Positions 47,082 to 57,355 are shown, counted from the first letter of the stretch. The stretch: DNA of 64,000 bases from a virus (IMGVR_UViG_3300031993_000044:22990-86989), one strand, 5' to 3'. Numbers and translations are program-made. The notes: a model not told the origin generated them from the letters alone.

Positions 47082-47858
47082 ATGGCAAAGAGATTTACGG
47101 ACACGGAGAAATACAAGAAGCACTTTGTTCGTTCGCTCAAAGCACCATACAAATTGTTGTGGGACTACATTCTTTGTGACTGCAACCATGCGGGCATTTG
47201 GATTGTGGACTTTGAAGCAGCTCGTATGTACTTGGGCAAGGACATCAAGCTTAACGAGCGTGCTGCGCTCGAAGCGTTCAACAAGAACGAGAAGCACGTC
47301 ATACCCATTGACTGCGGCGACAAGTGGTTTATTGTAGGCTTCATTGAATATCAGTACGGAACGCTCAACCCGAAAAACCGCGTACACGCAAGCGTCATTA
47401 AAATGCTGGAACGCTACGGCCTTTGGGTGGACGGCAAAATCAACCTCGACGTTACAAACGTGCCTGTCCGTAAGATTCCACAGCAAAAGGACGAGGACGG
47501 CAACGCAATGAGCGAGGACGAGCTGCTTGCAGCGGTTACGGACATCAAGCCCAAAGGGTACGAGACAATGAACTTTGACTTCATTCACGAGGACTACAAG
47601 GACATCTTCTACACATGGCTCAACTACAAGCGTGAACGCAGGGAGCGTTACAAGACGCAAAGCTCGATGGAAACAGCGTACAAGCGTATGCTACGGCTGT
47701 CAAACAACGACAAGGCTACTGCACGCCTCGTTGTGGAGCAGAGCATTGGCAACAACTGGGCAGGGCTTTTTCAGCTTAAGGAGCGCAAAAACGCTGCTGC
47801 AAACACGGTACACGCAACGGACAAAATCAGTGAGGAATACCCGAAATGGAAAAGATAG
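47082..47858 (+). CDS. Replication initiator-like protein
   Basis: MAKRFTDT..KLLWDYI..CNHAGIW N-terminus and SIGNNWAGLF C-terminus; precedes the loader ATPase. Confidence 0.7.
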   Translation: MAKRFTDTEKYKKHFVRSLKAPYKLLWDYILCDCNHAGIWIVDFEAARMYLGKDIKLNERAALEAFNKNEKHVIPIDCGDKWFIVGFIEYQYGTLNPKNRVHASVIKMLERYGLWVDGKINLDVTNVPVRKIPQQKDEDGNAMSEDELLAAVTDIKPKGYETMNFDFIHEDYKDIFYTWLNYKRERRERYKTQSSMETAYKRMLRLSNNDKATARLVVEQSIGNNWAGLFQLKERKNAAANTVHATDKISEEYPKWKR

Positions 47859-48427
47859 GCAATTTGCTGGAAAGGCTTAAGGACACGGGCTTTGAAATGC
47901 CAAACCGTGTTTTCATCAAAGTGGCAGACGCACGCAAGCGTCTCGCAAACGGACTGCGCTATATGCTTGCACAGCAGGGCGAGAAACCTCAATGGCTACC
48001 CGAATACGAGCTTATAGCTGATTGGCTTTCTGACAACAAAGGAAAAGGGCTGCTGCTTGCCGGGAGCTGCGGACGCGGAAAAACGCTCGTCGCCACGCGC
48101 ATACTGCCATTGTTCTTTGCAGAGAGAAACCTTATATACTCCATCTATAACAGCTACGACCTAAACCGCAAGCAAAAAGAAGTATTCTTTTCCCACATCC
48201 TTTGCATCGACGACCTGGGCATTGAAAACGAAAGCGTACAGTACGGTGAGCGCAAAAACGTTTTCGTCGAGCTTATAGACCTTGTAGAGAAAAAGGGCAA
48301 GCTTATAGTGATAACTACAAACCTGACGCAATCGGAAATAGAAGAAAAGTACGGAACGCGCACTATTGACCGCCTGTTTTCCTGCTGTCAGATTGTGGAC
48401 TTTAGCGGGCCAAGCTTAAGAAAGTAG
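47846..48427 (+). CDS. DnaC/IstB-like helicase loader ATPase
   Basis: GSCGRGKT, LCIDDLG, ITTNL and YGTRTIDRL motifs. Confidence 0.85.
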   Translation: MEKIGNLLERLKDTGFEMPNRVFIKVADARKRLANGLRYMLAQQGEKPQWLPEYELIADWLSDNKGKGLLLAGSCGRGKTLVATRILPLFFAERNLIYSIYNSYDLNRKQKEVFFSHILCIDDLGIENESVQYGERKNVFVELIDLVEKKGKLIVITTNLTQSEIEEKYGTRTIDRLFSCCQIVDFSGPSLRK

Positions 48428-48455
48428 TTTTATTAACACCTTATTTATATATAAT

Positions 48456-50384
48456 ATGGCAAAACAAGTAATCATCAAGCAAATGGTGTTGTCTAACTTC
48501 AAAAACATTCGCAGTATGAGCGTTGAATTTGGAGAGCAGACAACAACGGTAAGCGGAACAAACGAGCAGGGCAAGAGCACTGTCTATGACGCTTACTTGT
48601 GGTGTCTTTTCGGCATTACTACGCGCAAGAACGACTGCGTACAGCCGACAGACGCAAACAACGAAATCGTCCACAAAATCGACACGGAAGTAACGGTCGT
48701 GCTTGTAGTGGACGGAGTGGAAACCACACTGCGCCGCCGCCTTACGGAAAAGTGGAAGGCCGAGGGAACGGCAGGGGAAAAGTTCATCAGCGCACCCATG
48801 GAACGCTTCTACAACGACGTTCCTTGCAGCGTGAAGGAGTTTGAGGGAAAGCTTAACGACATCTTCAACATTGACAGCTGGCTCATGCTTTCCAACATTA
48901 AGACTTTCATGCAACAGAAGATGGAGGAACGCCGGCGCATCCTCGCAAGCATCACGGGCGAGATTGACACGGAAGCACTTGTAGCAGAGTTTCCGCTTGT
49001 CAAGGACGCTTTCGCAAAGGGCAAGACGCTGGAGGAACTGCAAAAGCAGACGTTGAGCACAAAGAAGCGTGCGCAAAAGGAAATCGACACCATCCCCAAT
49101 CAGATTGCAGCACAGGACAAGCTACGTGTCACCGCTGACTTTGCAGCACTTCACGCACAAAAGGCCGAACTGGATGCACAGATTGCAGACATCGACAAGC
49201 TTTTGGAAGCTGACCCGACGGAGCTTGAAAAGGATAAGCGCAACCGTGAGGAACTTGCAACGCTGGAAAGCAGCCTTAATCAGCAGCGGCAGGAGTGGTC
49301 ACGCAATCACTTTGCTGTCATGCAGAAGCTTCGCGTTGCTGTTATGAACGCAAAGGACGATGTTGTCAAGGCTGAAAAGCAGCAGACAAAGAACAGGAGC
49401 GACTACGATGCAGTGTGCAAGAAGCTTAAGGACTTGCAGACGCAGTTTGAGCAGAAGAAACAAGAGTGGTTTGCAAAGAACAACGAGGAATTTTCATACA
49501 CTCCCGTCACTGTGTGCGAGTGCTGCGGACAGCCGCTTTCAGCAGAAGCACAACAGCGCATGTACGACAAGGCAGCTACACAGTTCAACACTGACAAGGC
49601 AAACGCCTTGCAGCAGCTCTACAACGAGAGCGGCCAGCTCAAATCACAGATTGACGTGCTTAAGAAGCAGCAGGAACAGTACGAAAAGGCTACACAGGCC
49701 GAGGACGCAAAGCTTGTCGCTTCAAAGAAAGAAGCTGTTAAGGCTGCTGAAACGGAGTGCGCCAACGAGGAATCATGCACGATTGAGCAGAACGACGGCA
49801 TCAAGGACATACAGGCCAAAATCGACGTGCTGCGTGCTGCCATGCAGAAGCCCGTCACACAGTCTGACGCGGAAAACACAGCAAAGCGCAATGAGCTTAA
49901 GGCACAGCGTGACGCTGTTGTTCGCCAGCTTGCAGGTGAGCAGACCAACGCGAACATCGACAAGGAAAAGGAGCGTCTTAACGGCGTTGCACAGCAGCAG
50001 TCACAGACCGTTGCAGACTGTAACGCAGTGCTGGAACAGATACGCAAGTTTAACCGCAAGGTGCTTGACGCTACGGAAAGCAAGCTTAACGTATTCTTCC
50101 ATCTTGCACGTTGGAAGTTCGCAGAGCAGAACAAGACGAATGACGAGGAACAGCAAGTTTGCACGGCTGTTTACAAGGGCATTGAGTATGACCGCTTGAA
50201 CAATGCGGGTCAGGTCAACGTTGGCATAGACATCTGCGAGGGCATTAAAAAAGCCTGCGGTGTTGAGCTGCCGCTATTCGTTGATAACGTGGAGAGTGTA
50301 GAGAACGTGCTGGGCACACAGTCACAGATTATCAAGCTTCGCTTTGTGCCAGGCGCAATGCTTACAGTTGAAAAGGACGTATAA
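48456..50384 (+). CDS. SMC/Rad50-like ATPase
   Basis: GTNEQGKST Walker A, long coiled coils, CECCG hook and LFVDNVES Walker B. Confidence 0.85.
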   Translation: MAKQVIIKQMVLSNFKNIRSMSVEFGEQTTTVSGTNEQGKSTVYDAYLWCLFGITTRKNDCVQPTDANNEIVHKIDTEVTVVLVVDGVETTLRRRLTEKWKAEGTAGEKFISAPMERFYNDVPCSVKEFEGKLNDIFNIDSWLMLSNIKTFMQQKMEERRRILASITGEIDTEALVAEFPLVKDAFAKGKTLEELQKQTLSTKKRAQKEIDTIPNQIAAQDKLRVTADFAALHAQKAELDAQIADIDKLLEADPTELEKDKRNREELATLESSLNQQRQEWSRNHFAVMQKLRVAVMNAKDDVVKAEKQQTKNRSDYDAVCKKLKDLQTQFEQKKQEWFAKNNEEFSYTPVTVCECCGQPLSAEAQQRMYDKAATQFNTDKANALQQLYNESGQLKSQIDVLKKQQEQYEKATQAEDAKLVASKKEAVKAAETECANEESCTIEQNDGIKDIQAKIDVLRAAMQKPVTQSDAENTAKRNELKAQRDAVVRQLAGEQTNANIDKEKERLNGVAQQQSQTVADCNAVLEQIRKFNRKVLDATESKLNVFFHLARWKFAEQNKTNDEEQQVCTAVYKGIEYDRLNNAGQVNVGIDICEGIKKACGVELPLFVDNVESVENVLGTQSQIIKLRFVPGAMLTVEKDV

Positions 50385-50452
50385 CTATGAAAAGTATCAA
50401 GGCATTTATAACGCGAGTATTCGCACAGTTTAACAACAAAAAAAGTACAGCA

Positions 50453-50731
50453 ATGGAAAACAAACAAACAGAGTTTATGAAAGCTGCGGAAAACGCTTTC
50501 AAACAGTTGGCAGAAATTGCCAAAACTGACGACAACAAGGCAGTTGTAATGATTGCAATCGACAAGGCTGCTGACGGAAAAACAGGTACAATGACTGCCG
50601 TATGCGGCACGGGCGACAGGGTCATTGAAAGCATTTTTGACGCAATGGGAGACGAGCACGCAGGAAAGCTATTCCGCGAAGCTAACAAGCGTTATGCGCT
50701 TGCACAATTATTGAAAGTTCTTTCAAAGTAA
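50453..50731 (+). CDS. Hypothetical protein
   Basis: Start after the CAGTTTAAC...GTACAGCA-ATG leader. Confidence 0.6.
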   Translation: MENKQTEFMKAAENAFKQLAEIAKTDDNKAVVMIAIDKAADGKTGTMTAVCGTGDRVIESIFDAMGDEHAGKLFREANKRYALAQLLKVLSK

Positions 50732-50763
50732 CATTTATTATTCACATTAAAAACATTGTAACA

Positions 50764-51549
50764 ATGGAAAACGAGATTCAAGTGATGAAGCCTGCACAGT
50801 TGCAGTTCTTCGGCTCTACGGAAGGCTTCGAGCTTTGCCAGCGCATGGCAAAGGTGTTTGCGACAAGTACGCTTGTTCCCACACAGTACCAAAACAACAT
50901 GTCAAACTGCATCATTGCAATGGAAATGGCTTCACGTATCGGAGCAAGCCCGCTGCAAGTCATGCAAAACCTCTACATCGTACACGGCAACCCCGGCTTC
51001 AGCGCGAAGTTCCTTATTGCCTGCATCAATGCAAGCGGAAAGTTCAGCCCGCTTCGCTATGAGTTCAAAGGCAAGGAAAACACGGACGATTGGAGCTGCC
51101 GAGCCTATGCCGTTGACAAGGAGGGCGAAGTGCTGCACGGTGCCTGGGTGTCTATTAAGATGGCAAAGGCAGAAGGCTGGTATAGCAAGAACGGAAGCAA
51201 GTGGCAGACCATGCCCCAACTCATGCTTCAGTACCGTGCCGCCGCTTTCTTCCAGCGCACGTATGCACCCGAAATCTCGCTGGGTATGCAGACAGCGGAA
51301 GAGCTTTACGACGAAGCGGAGCTTGTAGATACGAAGCTCAACAACGCCCCTGCTGCTTCGCCCGAGAACATTGCCGCTGAAATGGAAAAGCAGGAAAACG
51401 CGAACACGGAAACGCTGGGCATGGGCGACGGCAAAGCTGCTGACCCTGCACCCGCTGCACCTGCATCACCTGCCAACGACGGTAATGCTGCGCCGGCTGG
51501 TGGCGTTAAGCCGATGGGCGCACAGAAAGTACCCGACATGTTCAAGTAA
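50764..51549 (+). CDS. RecT/ERF-like single-strand annealing protein
   Basis: SPLQVMQNLYIVHGNP, KNGSKWQTMPQLMLQYRAAAFF motifs. Confidence 0.8.
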   Translation: MENEIQVMKPAQLQFFGSTEGFELCQRMAKVFATSTLVPTQYQNNMSNCIIAMEMASRIGASPLQVMQNLYIVHGNPGFSAKFLIACINASGKFSPLRYEFKGKENTDDWSCRAYAVDKEGEVLHGAWVSIKMAKAEGWYSKNGSKWQTMPQLMLQYRAAAFFQRTYAPEISLGMQTAEELYDEAELVDTKLNNAPAASPENIAAEMEKQENANTETLGMGDGKAADPAPAAPASPANDGNAAPAGGVKPMGAQKVPDMFK

Positions 51550-51564
51550 GCTACTTTGCAGCGT

Positions 51565-52290
51565 ATGGAACTGACAGTATTAAACAGCGGCAGTGATGCC
51601 AATGGCTACATACTACAGAATGAGAGTGAAGCAATCGTGCTGGAGTGCGGTTGCTCACTCGCACGCTGCGAGGAAGCACTGGGCTACAACGTGGGCAAGG
51701 TTGCTGGCTGCTTGATAACGCACGAGCACGGCGACCACTCACGCTTTGCAGCGCAATACGTCAAGCGTATGCCGCTTTTTGCTACGCAGGGTACGCTTGA
51801 TGCACTGCGTTTGGAACAGGGCAGCAACGCGACGGCATTGCAGCTTAAGCGCACTGTGCAGATAGGCAGCTTCAAAGTAATGCCGTTTGCCACACAGCAC
51901 GACGCGGCACAGCCCTGCGGCTACCTTATCAAGCACGCGGACTTCGGGCTGCTGCTGTTCGCTACGGACACGTATTACCTGCGCTACACGTTTGCAGGAT
52001 TGAACTACATTATGATAGAATGCAACTACGACCAGCGCATACTTGACGAGAACACGCGCAACGGCATTGTTCCTATGGTAGTGCGCGAGCGCGTACAGCG
52101 TAGCCACATGAGCTGTGCGGACTGCATCAAGACGCTTAAGGCTAACGATCTTTCGCAAGTAAAGGCTATCGTGCTGCTGCACCTTTCGGGAAACAACAGC
52201 AACGCGGACAACTTCTTGGAGCGTGTCAAGCGCAACACGGGCAAGCATACTATCATAGCGCAAAAGGGCGTTGAGCTTGAAATGTTATAA
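51565..52290 (+). CDS. Metallo-beta-lactamase-fold nuclease (YycJ-like)
   Basis: SGSDANGY, THEHGDHS, TQHDA, IECNY and LHLS motifs. Confidence 0.88.
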   Translation: MELTVLNSGSDANGYILQNESEAIVLECGCSLARCEEALGYNVGKVAGCLITHEHGDHSRFAAQYVKRMPLFATQGTLDALRLEQGSNATALQLKRTVQIGSFKVMPFATQHDAAQPCGYLIKHADFGLLLFATDTYYLRYTFAGLNYIMIECNYDQRILDENTRNGIVPMVVRERVQRSHMSCADCIKTLKANDLSQVKAIVLLHLSGNNSNADNFLERVKRNTGKHTIIAQKGVELEML

Positions 52291-52297
52291 CAAAGTT

Positions 52298-52873
52298 ATG
52301 GAATACACAATGGAAATAGACTTGGAAAAAGAAAACGAGTATGTCCGCAAGGCATACGAAACAGCGTGCAATCACGGGTTTCACGACGAGTACAGACCTG
52401 ATACGCACTGGCTGATGCTTGTCATTACTGAAATATCGGAAGCTGTGGAAGCAGACCGCAAGCAGCTGCGTGCGAACTTGGAAAACTACCATACGCGCAT
52501 TGAGCAGGGCATGGCTTTCAAGTTTGCGTTTGAGGAAAACGTAAAGGACACGCTCGCTGATGAATTTGCAGACATCTGCATCCGCTTGTACGACTATGCA
52601 GGGCTGATTGAAGCACGCATGACGAAAGCGCCAGCAAAGGACGCTTTCGTGCAATGGCTGGAAGCGTACGGCGAGCTGTCCTTTACACAGCTTGCGTTTA
52701 TCCTTTGCAGGATGATTACTACGACAACGGAAAACAAAGGCGTAAAAATCGCGCGTGCGTTGAGTTTCGTGCGCTGCTGGGCAAAGCACTTGGGCGTGGA
52801 CTTACAGCAGCACATTGAGCTTAAGATGCGCTACAACGCGGAGCGTCCTATCAGGCACGGAAAACAGTATTAA
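52298..52873 (+). CDS. MazG-like nucleotide pyrophosphohydrolase
   Basis: LVITEISEAVEADRK, DEFADICIRL and KMRYN motifs. Confidence 0.7.
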   Translation: MEYTMEIDLEKENEYVRKAYETACNHGFHDEYRPDTHWLMLVITEISEAVEADRKQLRANLENYHTRIEQGMAFKFAFEENVKDTLADEFADICIRLYDYAGLIEARMTKAPAKDAFVQWLEAYGELSFTQLAFILCRMITTTTENKGVKIARALSFVRCWAKHLGVDLQQHIELKMRYNAERPIRHGKQY

Positions 52874-52895
52874 CAACATAACAAGTACGACAATT

Positions 52896-53291
52896 ATGAT
52901 GGAACAAAAAGACTTTGTGCAGCTCGTGGCAAAGATGCGCGACGCACAGAAATCTTATTTTAAGATGCGCACGTCGCAGGACTTGTCACGCAGTAAGCAG
53001 CTTGAAAGGCAGGTTGACGCGGAGCTGTCGCAGTACACTATTGCCAACGGGAAAGCGGTCAAGCAGCAAAGCTTGTTTGACGAGCAGCCAGCACAGCAGC
53101 AGGCAGAGAAGCATCCAGTGCTTGCGATACGCTGCAAGACGTGCGGAGCAGTGTACTTTATGCACGCGCTCGCTTACTTTATCGACAGCGACACGGCAAA
53201 GGAAATTGCGGACGCAGTAGCTAACGGCGACACGGTGTTTGTCGCTGATGTGAGTGAAGTAACCTTATCACAGTGCAAATGTAACGGGTAA
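52896..53291 (+). CDS. Hypothetical protein
   Basis: LV.KMRDAQK.YF..R...SK.LE.QVD family with a CxxC. Confidence 0.65.
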   Translation: MMEQKDFVQLVAKMRDAQKSYFKMRTSQDLSRSKQLERQVDAELSQYTIANGKAVKQQSLFDEQPAQQQAEKHPVLAIRCKTCGAVYFMHALAYFIDSDTAKEIADAVANGDTVFVADVSEVTLSQCKCNG

Positions 53292-53299
53292 CACGGCGT

Positions 53300-54466
53300 A
53301 TGGCAGACGTTGACGGACAAATAGTAGCGTGGAACGATGGGCGTACAATAGCTGTGCTGGAAACAGAAAGCTGGTTTTACGTTGCGTTGAACTACCGGGA
53401 CAGAGACGATGAAACGGACAGGCTTTGGGTGCTTGACCCTGCCCCTGCGGGCGAGTACAGGCTTGCGACGTATGAGGAACGTGTGCGCTTCTTGAAGGAG
53501 CTGCCGCGTGAGTGCGACTTCCGCATTGACGAGCGCGGGCGCGTCGTTGACATTCAATTCTGGGATTGTATGGAAAACGAGCAGCTGCCTGCGGAGATCC
53601 AAGCAAAGCGGCAGGAGCTTGACACGCTGCTGCATCCCGAAAAGGCAGCACAGCAGGAACAGCAGCAAGCGAAAAGCACGTTTGAGCGGATGGGGCTTGC
53701 TTTCCTGCCCTACCTCAAAAGCCGCAAGACGTTTGACAAGGACTTTCCCAAGTTCTTTGACGAGGACTACAAGGACGCACGCTACCTACAGCTCATTACG
53801 CAGACTGTGGGATGGTTTATCAAGGCGCAAAACCGTGCTGCACACGCTTACATCTTAAGCAAGGAGTACGAGGAAAACCTTGTCAAAATGGGCGCAAGCC
53901 TTACGGACATCAACTTTACGGAGCTGCTGCAACCGCACTTGTACAGCGGCGTGCTGTGCCTGGGAAACGGCAGCGGACACAACGCCATACTGTGGAAAAC
54001 GGAAAGCAAGTGCAAGACTATTAACGTCGCTTTTCTTTGCGATTGCAGCACCGTTGCAGCCATTGCCACGTGCGACGCTAACGGCAAGCAGCAAAACGTG
54101 CTTGCAAGCTACCGCATCAAGGACGGCAACAGCATTGCCTACAGTATGTTCCGTATCTTGTACTTGTTCCTGTACGCTGAAAAGTACGGCAAGGTACGCG
54201 AAGTAAGCTACGACAACGACGAGAGCGCAAAGTACATAGCAGCTAACGGCACAGAGCCTGACAAGTGGGTAGAGTACCGCAACGCGACGTACTACACGAC
54301 TATCAACGTTGACACTCCCTTTGCCATTAGCGGACACTGGCGCAACCAGTTCTGCGGGCGCGACAAGGACGGCAACCCCATCCACAAGCGCATTTGGATT
54401 CAAGAGCACATACACAGCGGCTATCACCGCATTGCAGGAATACTTAAGGAAAAGCTGAAGCTATGA
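53300..54466 (+). CDS. Hypothetical protein
   Basis: 388 aa; C-terminal SGHWRNQ.CG..KRIWI motif seen in phage proteins. Confidence 0.7.
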   Translation: MADVDGQIVAWNDGRTIAVLETESWFYVALNYRDRDDETDRLWVLDPAPAGEYRLATYEERVRFLKELPRECDFRIDERGRVVDIQFWDCMENEQLPAEIQAKRQELDTLLHPEKAAQQEQQQAKSTFERMGLAFLPYLKSRKTFDKDFPKFFDEDYKDARYLQLITQTVGWFIKAQNRAAHAYILSKEYEENLVKMGASLTDINFTELLQPHLYSGVLCLGNGSGHNAILWKTESKCKTINVAFLCDCSTVAAIATCDANGKQQNVLASYRIKDGNSIAYSMFRILYLFLYAEKYGKVREVSYDNDESAKYIAANGTEPDKWVEYRNATYYTTINVDTPFAISGHWRNQFCGRDKDGNPIHKRIWIQEHIHSGYHRIAGILKEKLKL

Positions 54467-54720
54467 CAGAACTACAATTCTACAAGTTGTTCAACGAGCA
54501 GCTGAAATGCGAATATCACTGGAACGGCGAACAGTGCTTGGTGTTTATCGACTATTGGAAGCTGGAGGACTTCTTTAAGGCTTTCAAGGGCAGCACACTG
54601 CTTACTGATGAAGGGCAGGAGTGCGTGATGAAGGACGGCTACATTGCTATTGACATCGTGCCGTTCTGCGAGTACTACGACGTTGAAGCTGAAAACATCT
54701 TTGAAAAGGAGCAGGCATGA
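54463..54720 (+). CDS. Hypothetical protein
   Basis: Coupled start. Confidence 0.6.
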   Translation: MTELQFYKLFNEQLKCEYHWNGEQCLVFIDYWKLEDFFKAFKGSTLLTDEGQECVMKDGYIAIDIVPFCEYYDVEAENIFEKEQA

Positions 54721-55115
54721 CATTCTTTGAGTTTCAGCAGATGCAAGTTGGCGACGCTGTGCTTGTACGCACACACAGAAGCAGAAAGCGCGTTTTGCGT
54801 ATCAGCGGAAAGCGCGGCTGCTTCATGTGCGCGAGCGACGGCAACGAGTATGAGCTGGAGCAGTGCAGCCCAATACTGCTAAAGGACGTGCAAACGCTGG
54901 AGCGTCTGGGTTTTAACAAGCAGTACGAGCTTTTCAGAAGCGATGCCTGCTACTGCTTCGGCTTGATGGAAATATACGCTACACACGTGAGTATTTGCGT
55001 GGACGCGCAGACAAAAGAGTGCAAGTGCTACGCTGGGCTTATCTACCTGCACGAAGCACAGCACCGCTACAGGAACATCTATAATTGCGAACTAAAATTA
55101 AAGTACGACAAATGA
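54717..55115 (+). CDS. Hypothetical protein
   Basis: LERLGF and YLHEAQH motifs. Confidence 0.6.
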   Translation: MTFFEFQQMQVGDAVLVRTHRSRKRVLRISGKRGCFMCASDGNEYELEQCSPILLKDVQTLERLGFNKQYELFRSDACYCFGLMEIYATHVSICVDAQTKECKCYAGLIYLHEAQHRYRNIYNCELKLKYDK

Positions 55116-55354
55116 GCTATTTTCACAAACGCGAAATGTACAGCTGCTACAAGTCGTGGATGCAGTCTAACGGCAAGCCAGTCTTGGGCTTTCGCGAATG
55201 GTACGGACAAGTAAACAACGTAAAGACACAGTGACAATGAACAGAGTATATCAACGCAGGAAAGAAAAGCTGCTGGAACGCAGTCAACAGCGTTGGGGAC
55301 AACCAATGTTCCCAAACAAGAGGTACTACGAAATGCTAAGAAAGGAGCTTGACG

Positions 55355-55702
55355 ATGGGAAAGGAATTTAAGAAACAGCGTTCGCGTGGCGTGCAAGTGC
55401 TGCAACGGCACTACAATTGGTTTACGCACATCGGGTACGTGCCTATCATGCAGTCAATAAGCAAGTACGACCGTATGATTATCACGATGCAGAAGCCGCA
55501 GGGCGACAAGATGCTGTATGTTACGCTGGAGCTTGATTTAGACAAGCTGAAAGTGGATAGGCTCAACACGCCTTTCCTACGTATTACGCGGCGCACAACA
55601 GTAAGACGCAACCTAAAGGGCTTCGACCTGCACGACAGATACGGGCAGCAGCTACAGTTCTACTTCACGCGCAAGTACCGCGAAAAGACAATTTGGATAT
55701 AG
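55355..55702 (+). CDS. Hypothetical protein
   Basis: Last ORF before the intergenic regulatory region. Confidence 0.5.
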   Translation: MGKEFKKQRSRGVQVLQRHYNWFTHIGYVPIMQSISKYDRMIITMQKPQGDKMLYVTLELDLDKLKVDRLNTPFLRITRRTTVRRNLKGFDLHDRYGQQLQFYFTRKYREKTIWI

Positions 55703-55719
55703 TGTAGTGCTGCTGCAAG

Positions 55720-55776
55720 TAAGCAAAACTAAGCATAATTAGGGTGAAATAAGGTAAAACTAAGCGTTATTAGGTT
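55720..55776. repeat. 10-bp-phased TAAGCA-like array
   Basis: TAAGCA, TAAGCA, TAGGGT, TAAGGT, TAAGCG, TAGGTT at 55720, 55730, 55740, 55750, 55761 and 55771. Confidence 0.6.
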
Positions 55777-55783
55777 AAAACTA

Positions 55784-55847
55784 CTTAATAACGCTTATTT
55801 TTATATAGTAATTATTAGGTTTTTACAATTTTATTGGCTAACTTTGC
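55784..55847 (+). promoter_or_regulatory. Early promoter/operator, copy 5
   Basis: CTTAATA-N22-TATTAGGTTT-N16-TAACTTTGC, followed by the same leader as copy 1. Confidence 0.8.
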
Positions 55848-55891
55848 CTACGTAAACGACAAACAACAGTTTAACATAAATAGAAACGACA

Positions 55892-56164
55892 ATGAAACAG
55901 GTTACATTTTTACTTCGCAAGGACGGCGGGTTTCGACTTGCAAAGAACGGAGAAATCCTTTGCGGCACTGCAAAGGTGGGTACGTGGAAGAAAGAGGACG
56001 TGTGGAAGCAGCACGGAGGAAACCACTACAACGACAGCGGATGCCACCTTGTACACTTCCTATGGACTGCACAGCTTGCAGACGGGAGCAATTTGCTGAT
56101 AGCATACACACGCAACGAACTGCGCGATATGCTGGACGGACGCAGAGTAAAAGTATATGTATAA
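55892..56164 (+). CDS. Hypothetical early protein
   Basis: ACGACA-ATG start after the promoter. Confidence 0.65.
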   Translation: MKQVTFLLRKDGGFRLAKNGEILCGTAKVGTWKKEDVWKQHGGNHYNDSGCHLVHFLWTAQLADGSNLLIAYTRNELRDMLDGRRVKVYV

Positions 56165-56185
56165 CCCTTTAAGCATGACACGACA

Positions 56186-57355
56186 ATGAAGCAGACAATC
56201 AACTTGACAATCCCTGCACACCTTACGGACGAGTTCGTAAAGACTGTGCGTAAGGCAGAAAAGAACATCACGGGCTTGCGCTGGGAAATAGGCAAAGTGC
56301 GCAAGCAGACTTTCAGGCACTACTTCGACGGCGAAATAGTTAAGATGCAGCACGACGTAGTGGACGTGACACTGGATCTTCCCGAACAGAACAATTGGCA
56401 GCTTGTCGCTACAGTTGTTGAGGGCGCAATGTTTATTACAGACCATAAGCAAAAGCTGGAGCTTAAGAACGGACACGGTGCTGACTACCAGCTGTGCGAC
56501 GTTTGCAAGCATAGGCAGTGGAAGAAAAGCTACATTGTGCGCAACACAGCAAACGGACGCGAGCTGCAAGTAGGCGCAGAATGCGCAAAGAAGTTTGGCA
56601 TAGGCATGGTGGAAGCCGTTTACAAGCTCACGAAGGAGCTGTACGCAAGCTACTCGCTGTACAGTTGCGAGTACGACGGCTTGGAGCCGCTGGAATGGCC
56701 TGCACACTTTAGCGACCCGCACGCAGTGCGCAGCATTGAAACAAGCATTGTAGTGCAGGCTGCAAAGCAGTACTACGACGAGCATAACGGCGTATGGAAA
56801 AAGGGCTACTACGAGGGACGTATGTACTTCCCGAGCCAAAGCGCAGCTGATATACGCAGCAGTCTTGACAAGTTTGCTGCTGACGCAGACAACGCCTACT
56901 ACAAGGAGCTGACACAGTGGATAGCACAGGACTTTGAAGCAAGCGAATACAACGAATTTGAAATGAAAATCAAGGAGCTGGGCGAAAGCTACTATATGTC
57001 AGCAGGCGACACAGCTACAGCGTTCTTTGCTATCAAGAAGTACGAGGAATACAAGAAAGAGCAGGCTGCAAAGGCTGCTGGGCTGTACTTGCCAAAGCCG
57101 GGCGACTACATACACATCGTGGGCATCATTATTAACAAGTACGTGAAAAGCGGCTACTACGGCGTGTACGAGGAATACGAAATACTTAACGAGATTGACG
57201 GGAACAAGTACATCCGCAGCGGTGTTGTAAACGTTGACAGCGACAACAAAGTAAACTGCTTCGCATTCATCAAGGACGTGTACGGAACAAAGTACTTGCT
57301 TGACCGCACTACAAAGCACGCCAAAAAGGGCGTAGCGATTGCAAACGCAGCATAA
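56186..57355 (+). CDS. Hypothetical protein with Zn-binding motif
   Basis: CDVCKH...VGAECAKK; possible OB-fold C-terminus. Confidence 0.7.
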   Translation: MKQTINLTIPAHLTDEFVKTVRKAEKNITGLRWEIGKVRKQTFRHYFDGEIVKMQHDVVDVTLDLPEQNNWQLVATVVEGAMFITDHKQKLELKNGHGADYQLCDVCKHRQWKKSYIVRNTANGRELQVGAECAKKFGIGMVEAVYKLTKELYASYSLYSCEYDGLEPLEWPAHFSDPHAVRSIETSIVVQAAKQYYDEHNGVWKKGYYEGRMYFPSQSAADIRSSLDKFAADADNAYYKELTQWIAQDFEASEYNEFEMKIKELGESYYMSAGDTATAFFAIKKYEEYKKEQAAKAAGLYLPKPGDYIHIVGIIINKYVKSGYYGVYEEYEILNEIDGNKYIRSGVVNVDSDNKVNCFAFIKDVYGTKYLLDRTTKHAKKGVAIANAA

